A DNA stretch of 54,848 nt, counting the filler, from Asterionella formosa (Eukaryota), in the NCBI GenBank assembly GCA_002256025.1. It is 4 parts of 4 records of this genome, joined end to end, with 100 filler letters (N's around TTAATTAATTAA, not from the genome) between each part and the next. Parts side by side here need not be neighbours in the genome. Positions count along the whole stretch, not along the records: positions 41,215 to 54,848 come from NKIB01006543.1; 3 more parts are not named here. One strand, written 5' to 3'. A program made the position numbers and the translations under genes. Numbering within the stretch: the stretch's first letter is position 1; each line of letters opens with the position of its first letter. Below the pieces are notes generated by a model, which saw only the letters and a list, made by a program, of their open reading frames with translations, was not told the origin of the DNA and ran no database searches. Positions 49,330 through 54,848 of this stretch are shown here, piece by piece.

Positions 49330-50903
49330 TATTAAGTGATTTGAACATGTCGAGCGGATTCAATGCATAGCATATAAAATCGTTAATCGGAGTATAGAGT
49401 TTCCATGCATATATGTTGATCGTATTTATAGCGTATATATACATACAGTGACTAAGAGTGTTTGTATATATATTTAGTGATTTCGACAAGGAATCAATGT
49501 ACGTATTCGCAAATTTTTACTGATTTAAATGTTTCAAATGTAATCACGTCATTCAAAAATAGCTAATTAAATTATTAATTCCAGGGTGAGCATTCAATCG
49601 AAGACAAACATTTCGGTCAGGCGTGTGTCAACTCGTTCGAAAAGTTCATACATACTGTTTGTTGTACAGGATAATCTATAATTATATGATGAAGACTAGT
49701 GATGATTCATATGGAAAGCAAAAATCGATTTGGGAGATTGAACCAAATAAAATAATTAGGTCTTCGTCGACTAGGTTTATGACAACTTTGTTGTGTTGGA
49801 TAATCAAGGGTCATATCATGAAAGCTAATGATTCATATTGAAAGCGAGACTCGGTTTGGGTCAGCTTAGAGTTCAACTCAATGAAACAATTCAATTTTTG
49901 GTCGAATTATTTAAACTGCGAATATGTTCTTTTGAGCACAATGAAAGACTTGCCTACAAATACAGAAGTATCAATGGGCTGTAAAACATACTATCCTTTT
50001 TTATTTGTAGGATAACTTCATCGTCATGACGAAGTTTATTAATTCAAGAATTTGAAACCGAGCTATGGTGTTGGTGCACTGACATCCAGTTCAACTCGAG
50101 TAATGTAATACAATTTGAGTTGCATCCACTTGTTAAGACGAAAACCAACATGGTAGCTAGCTGGTATTGAGTTGTTGATTCTAAAATCATAGCAAAAGAT
50201 TTTAACACATGTGGAGAGTGAAAATATATTTAGGTTTGCTGCCAGATTCATTAAAATCAAATTCTAATTGAGTGGAGTTTTGTTTCTCGAAGAAGAGAAG
50301 GTTGGAATGATAAGCTGTCAAGCATTAAATATGGTTCAGCTGAGTATAGCCAAAGAGTTCTTTGGGAATTATGTAGGGAAGGGAAAGATTTGTGACAAAA
50401 GGAAATTATCTGGCAGTAGTAGCAATTCAAAAAAGAAAAGAATAAACATTTATTTTAATATTATCAAACATGCTGCTTTACTACTTAACTTTCTCAGCTT
50501 ATGCATTTCAACCTGCATCAACTTACCAAGCGCAACAACCATTTGCCAAGAGGATGATTAATGTGGGCAGCCATCAAGTCTTGTGGCAATGAAATGATGG
50601 AACAATGATGCCATGGTGGGTAAGTGTGTTGATCCTGATGCTGGTGTCAAAATTCTTTCTAACACACTTGAACTCACGAAAACTTTTCCGTGTACACAAC
50701 ACATGATACCATAAATTAATTTAGCCTTTGGTAGGATGCTAGTAGGATCTAGTACCAGGCAGGTACCAGACGATCGTCGGGAAGGACGCCGTGAAGGTGA
50801 TCTTCACTATAACTTGTTCAACCGAAAATCACTAGCTTCACCGTGTTCGTCTTGATGATCAACAGTTGCACTGGGCGATTGTCGATCCGATGGAGGTACC
50901 TGG

Positions 50904-51100
50904 TGAAGTATCTAACTAGAAGTAGTAGTATTTGTTGAATTTATGAGCTTATTTGTTAATCCTTGTGTGTAACTCGTTCTCTAAGTCGACACCAAAGTAT
51001 ACAATGAGGGTTAGTCGAGTTGTCTCATTATTGAGTTCTGATACATATATTATATAACACTAACCCTATATACATCTGTATTGATGCGCAAGATCGCTCA
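50904..51100 (-). mobile_element. Solo Gypsy LTR (197 bp) with 5-bp TSD CCTGG
   Basis: Near-identical to the LTRs at 13926 and 48636; cctgg at 50899-50903 and 51101-51105. Confidence 0.95.
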
Positions 51101-51684
51101 CCTGGTACCTGGTACCTGGTACCTGGTACACAGAATCCTGTTACTTTGTCCGGTAGAACTGAACTGATGGTGACCACTATGACTGTCTGGCCTTCGATGC
51201 TCATCGCCGATTAAGCCCCTGTCTACGGTACCAGGTATCATTATTTCCGGTATGTATGTGGTCCGAATTTTTTACTGTTGCATCCTAACTACCGGTACAC
51301 GTACACGTTTGCATGTGTAGGAACTTCATGCATCGCTCATCGAAATGCTTGTACTCGAGTATCGGGTTGCTTGGTGACAGATATAATACCTGTATGTAAC
51401 GGTGCATAAGATAAAAGTTTCGAAGTAGGTACGTTTCTGGTACGGTACGGTAGGTATGTTGGTGTCATTCACTTCAACCAAACAGAAAAGTACGAGACAA
51501 TGAACGAAAGAGACCGCTACCAGGTACACGAGGAGGGTTGAAGACTTTGTTAAGTATAAGCATTCTATAGTCATTCTGTATCTATGATCGTTTGCCGCCC
51601 CGGCGATGATTGGTTCAAGAAAATTGCCTAGCGTTGGCATTTGTGCAGTTGGCATTGTGCAGTGGGTCAAAATGTATGTTCAAT

Positions 51685-52191
51685 TCAGAGTTCTAGTTCA
51701 AACAGTGCGTCTGATTGCTCCGAGTCATTCGACGATTCGATTTCAACCAGGTCGGGTTCCCAGCTATCCATAACAGTGGAGGCATCCTCAAGCATGGTCA
51801 AGATACGTTCATCTTCCTTACATGGATATCCTTGAAGTTCGTGCCGTGTGCGCATAATGCTTTCAATGGTTTGATCGTTTTGATATCGCTGTCTGAGATC
51901 ATGCTGCTTCATTTGTTGTCTGGTGATACCACCAAGTATACGAGTATACATACAATAGTCTCTGTAATCAGCAACGGCTTCATCTTCGCAAAGTTGAAGT
52001 TCCGATGGTGTTCGTTGAATGTACTTTCGAATCGGGATACTTTTCGACCTTGTTCCGAAGTCGAAAGCTTCGATCCTTTGCATTCTGGGAATATCCACAG
52101 GCAGCGACATGCTTCCTTTATGTTTAAGCTTCGCCATCACTGGGTGTATGAACATGGAGTTGCTAGTGTTTGCCGTACGCGGTGTAGTCAT
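51685..52191 (-). CDS. Small protein of unknown function, diatom-type family
   Basis: Intact 168-aa ORF; SIPI, RTPSELQLCEDEAVADYRDYCMYTRI..GI core and acidic C-terminal LFELEL resemble a hypothetical family recalled from diatom proteomes. Confidence 0.7.
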   Translation of the reverse strand: MTTPRTANTSNSMFIHPVMAKLKHKGSMSLPVDIPRMQRIEAFDFGTRSKSIPIRKYIQRTPSELQLCEDEAVADYRDYCMYTRILGGITRQQMKQHDLRQRYQNDQTIESIMRTRHELQGYPCKEDERILTMLEDASTVMDSWEPDLVEIESSNDSEQSDALFELEL

Positions 52192-52560
52192 GTTAATTTT
52201 ATTTTTGTGATCCTTTTACATTTTTTAAGAGGAACGAGAGGCAGGGGACGACTGAATTCGAATCTTCCGCAAAGGAAATGGGAAGCCTGGGGAACACATA
52301 GTGTTCTCAAATGAAGACACCGTTCAGCTGGTGTTCTCATACACATGTATTGAAAGCCTTAAGTCATGAAGATAAAAATTTTCATGGTTTGGATTCTGAC
52401 TAAGACAAAAGGAGTTCTTTCCTTGACGTATTTGGATGACACGACGATTAAGAGAACCCTAATGAAGGATGAATCAGCTGATTTCATTATCCCTATCCTC
52501 TGTGCTGGTATACTTTACTTCGAGGACGAACTCTGGTCCCGGTTCCGAATACCGGTACCA

Positions 52561-52650
52561 GCAAGTTGCGGTCATTTTGCTTGAACTAACATTTTAATCT
52601 AAGATAAAGATAGCTAAATCATTAGTTTCAGCAAAATTACCGCAACTTGC
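52561..52650. repeat. 29-bp inverted repeat (hairpin) upstream of the 52191 gene
   Basis: gcaagttgcggtcattttgcttgaactaa / ttagtttcagcaaaattaccgcaacttgc. Confidence 0.8.
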
Positions 52651-53355
52651 AGGAAGTTTGTTACTCCACTTCGTTGTACATTCGATACCGGTAGTTATTT
52701 TGCGGTGATCTACATATTTGGCTATCTTTGTCCCAAATTAAATTGTTCCGCAAATTGCTACTGTGTACCCCGGCAAGTGGTTAATCGGACTTCCACCACT
52801 CGACGTCATGCATGACACATCAATGCCGCAACGTAAATACATGCCTAAGTGAAACGAACTTGCTTGATGTTGTAAAGGGAACATACCAACCACCGGTGAA
52901 CACTTACAGGTAGTTTGGTTTTACATTCGTCACACTCCTTGGAAAACAAGCAAGAACAAACGAAAAGTCTCCTTAACCTGCTGTTACCAGGAACTTCCGG
53001 ACACCGGGAGGATATAGACTTAAGGAGTAGAAATATAGTAACCGGTAACAACAAGTTGCAGTGATTTCACTGCCTCACATTGGTGAGGGCTGACGACAGG
53101 CACAAGAATTCAAACGGAAAGGATTATATTGGAGCGTTGCTTAACAGTTAAATCAGCAACGATTTGCACAGACCCGTGAAATCGCCATTTGCTACATCAA
53201 TTTGAGCGACATTTTTCAGTTCAAAATAAGTCAATTTGGAGAAAGATAGTATAAAACAGTTTATTTCAAGAAAATTTAGGATGAGATATGTACAATTATT
53301 GTTTTAGACACATACAAATCATTTCGGACATTGTTTCTGACATCAGAAAAAATGG

Positions 53356-53649
53356 TCATTTCCAGTCAGACGATTCCCACTCTTTGTCACTTGAAAAATA
53401 TTTGTATGCAATGGGATATGCATGCCTGTAATGGGAAAATGCTGCACTGTGCGTCCTCAACAGCACCATTTGCTTTGCAACATTGTTCTGTAGTTTAATA
53501 AGGTCCATCCTAAACTTTGTGTAAGTCACCATTGAGTATTCCATTTGCATGCTGTACACGTCACTTGTTGGTTTCATTGTTGGCAGCAGCTTTCCTGCCC
53601 AAATATCATCTATCAGGAGCAGTTTTGCAATCTCCCAAGGTGTCAACAT
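53356..53649 (-). pseudogene. Degenerate ORF, probably transposon-associated
   Basis: W..AK.LL..D...G....MKP..VY....EY....Y.KFR..L..L pattern recalled from repetitive diatom hypothetical proteins; flanking frames broken. Confidence 0.3.
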
Positions 53650-54848
53650 GCTTGATTGATTGTTCTGTCTTGCTTATCCATCCTCGCTCTGCTTCATTTT
53701 TTCAAAACAGTCAATCATGTGTTAAAAAAATTCATTGTTCCGTTAACATGTGCAAAAAATGCAATTTCATCCCATTTTCAAGACAGGCAGTTCCAAAATC
53801 CGAAAATAGCGATGCATTGCAAAAAAGGAAAGAAACCGAAATAAACAAAATAAACCTGCAAACAGTTCTTCCAGAAGAAACTTACAACGCCATCTTACCA
53901 AACTTACTTTCCCGTCATCGATTCATCAATTTTTCTAAGGTTTGTGGTAACAATCCCGTCGTTTTTAGTGATACAGAACGTGCATCCAAGCGACAAGGAT
54001 GAGACTTCTTGATATTCTCAGGAAAAGTAAACTTTTACAGATTCATTGATCTTTGTCGCCAACGCTACATTCCAGTCCAGGACTTATAGGAAAAAGACGA
54101 GCTAAATGAAGAAGGAATTGAAACATTACGAAAATTCCATTCATTAGCTATTTAGAAAATAATAAGGACTGAGTTTCCAAACCTGTCACCTTTGCTTTCT
54201 GCTGTGCCATTGCTACAAAGCCCAGAGAAACGCAAAGTCAGCCCAGCACTATCTTGTTTCCTTCAAAATGGCTTTTCTTCAACAACTTGATCCACTAGTT
54301 CCTCCAATACAGGCCGTGACGATGATGCACCTGAACATCCAGGCAATGACACACCATAACACGAGGTACATACAATCTATCTCATGCACTGGGCCCCAGA
54401 AAAAAATCAAGGTGGAGACCTTGTAGTAGCACTGCCTGCTGACAAGAATGTGTGCTTCCCAAATAGTTTTGTTACTGAAGTTGAGAGCCCAATCATTTTT
54501 CGCGACAAGGTGATCGTCTTAGCCGCAGCGTTAGGGGAAACTCCGACTGCCTAGTAGGAAGGCAGCATATGCTGCTTGTAGTGGGCCAAAACCACTATTT
54601 CTAGCTCACCAGGCAAGAACATGTTTGATGGTACATCTACAATGCCGATTATTGGTACACCCGCCACATAAAAAACGCTGGTCAAATGTGATCACCCAGA
54701 TTAATTATTTGGATGGCCCAATATGACTAATTTGGCTACATACATAATTTAAGGGTATGACAGTACATATTTAATGTGATGCATCACATAATATACCGGT
54801 ATATGATAAGAGTGAACTAAAATAGTTTCGACAACTTCCATATTTTTA

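Overview
AT-rich eukaryotic DNA dominated by transposon remnants. It is probably from a diatom or other stramenopile, inferred from the Copia/Gypsy protein styles and a diatom-type small ORF. The window is a concatenation of contigs: three artificial 100-bp spacers (N44-TTAATTAATTAA-N44) and one 486-N gap. Plausible host genes are few: a Snf7-domain/CHMP7-like ESCRT-III protein (23270-24673), a protein with three Myb/SANT-like repeats (29496-30755, -), a RING-H2/coiled-coil TRAIP-like ligase cut by a gap (40372-41114) and a small unknown protein (51685-52191, -). Mobile DNA includes two Ty1/Copia relics, seven pieces of one Ty3/Gypsy family, a complete PIF/Harbinger element with 21-bp TIRs and a TTA TSD, Plavaka-like and Tc1-like transposase fragments and several non-autonomous repeats. 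Three observations stand out. (1) Every visible host junction of the Gypsy LTRs lies in the same palindromic target, GTAC-CWG-GTAC (5-bp TSD CCAGG), a motif that is itself abundant here, which suggests sequence-specific integration. (2) Two different tRNA-derived SINE-like elements each have pol III A/B boxes and 15-18 bp TSDs. (3) A dispersed repeat preserves a phase-conserved micro-exon. All calls were made by eye without database searches.
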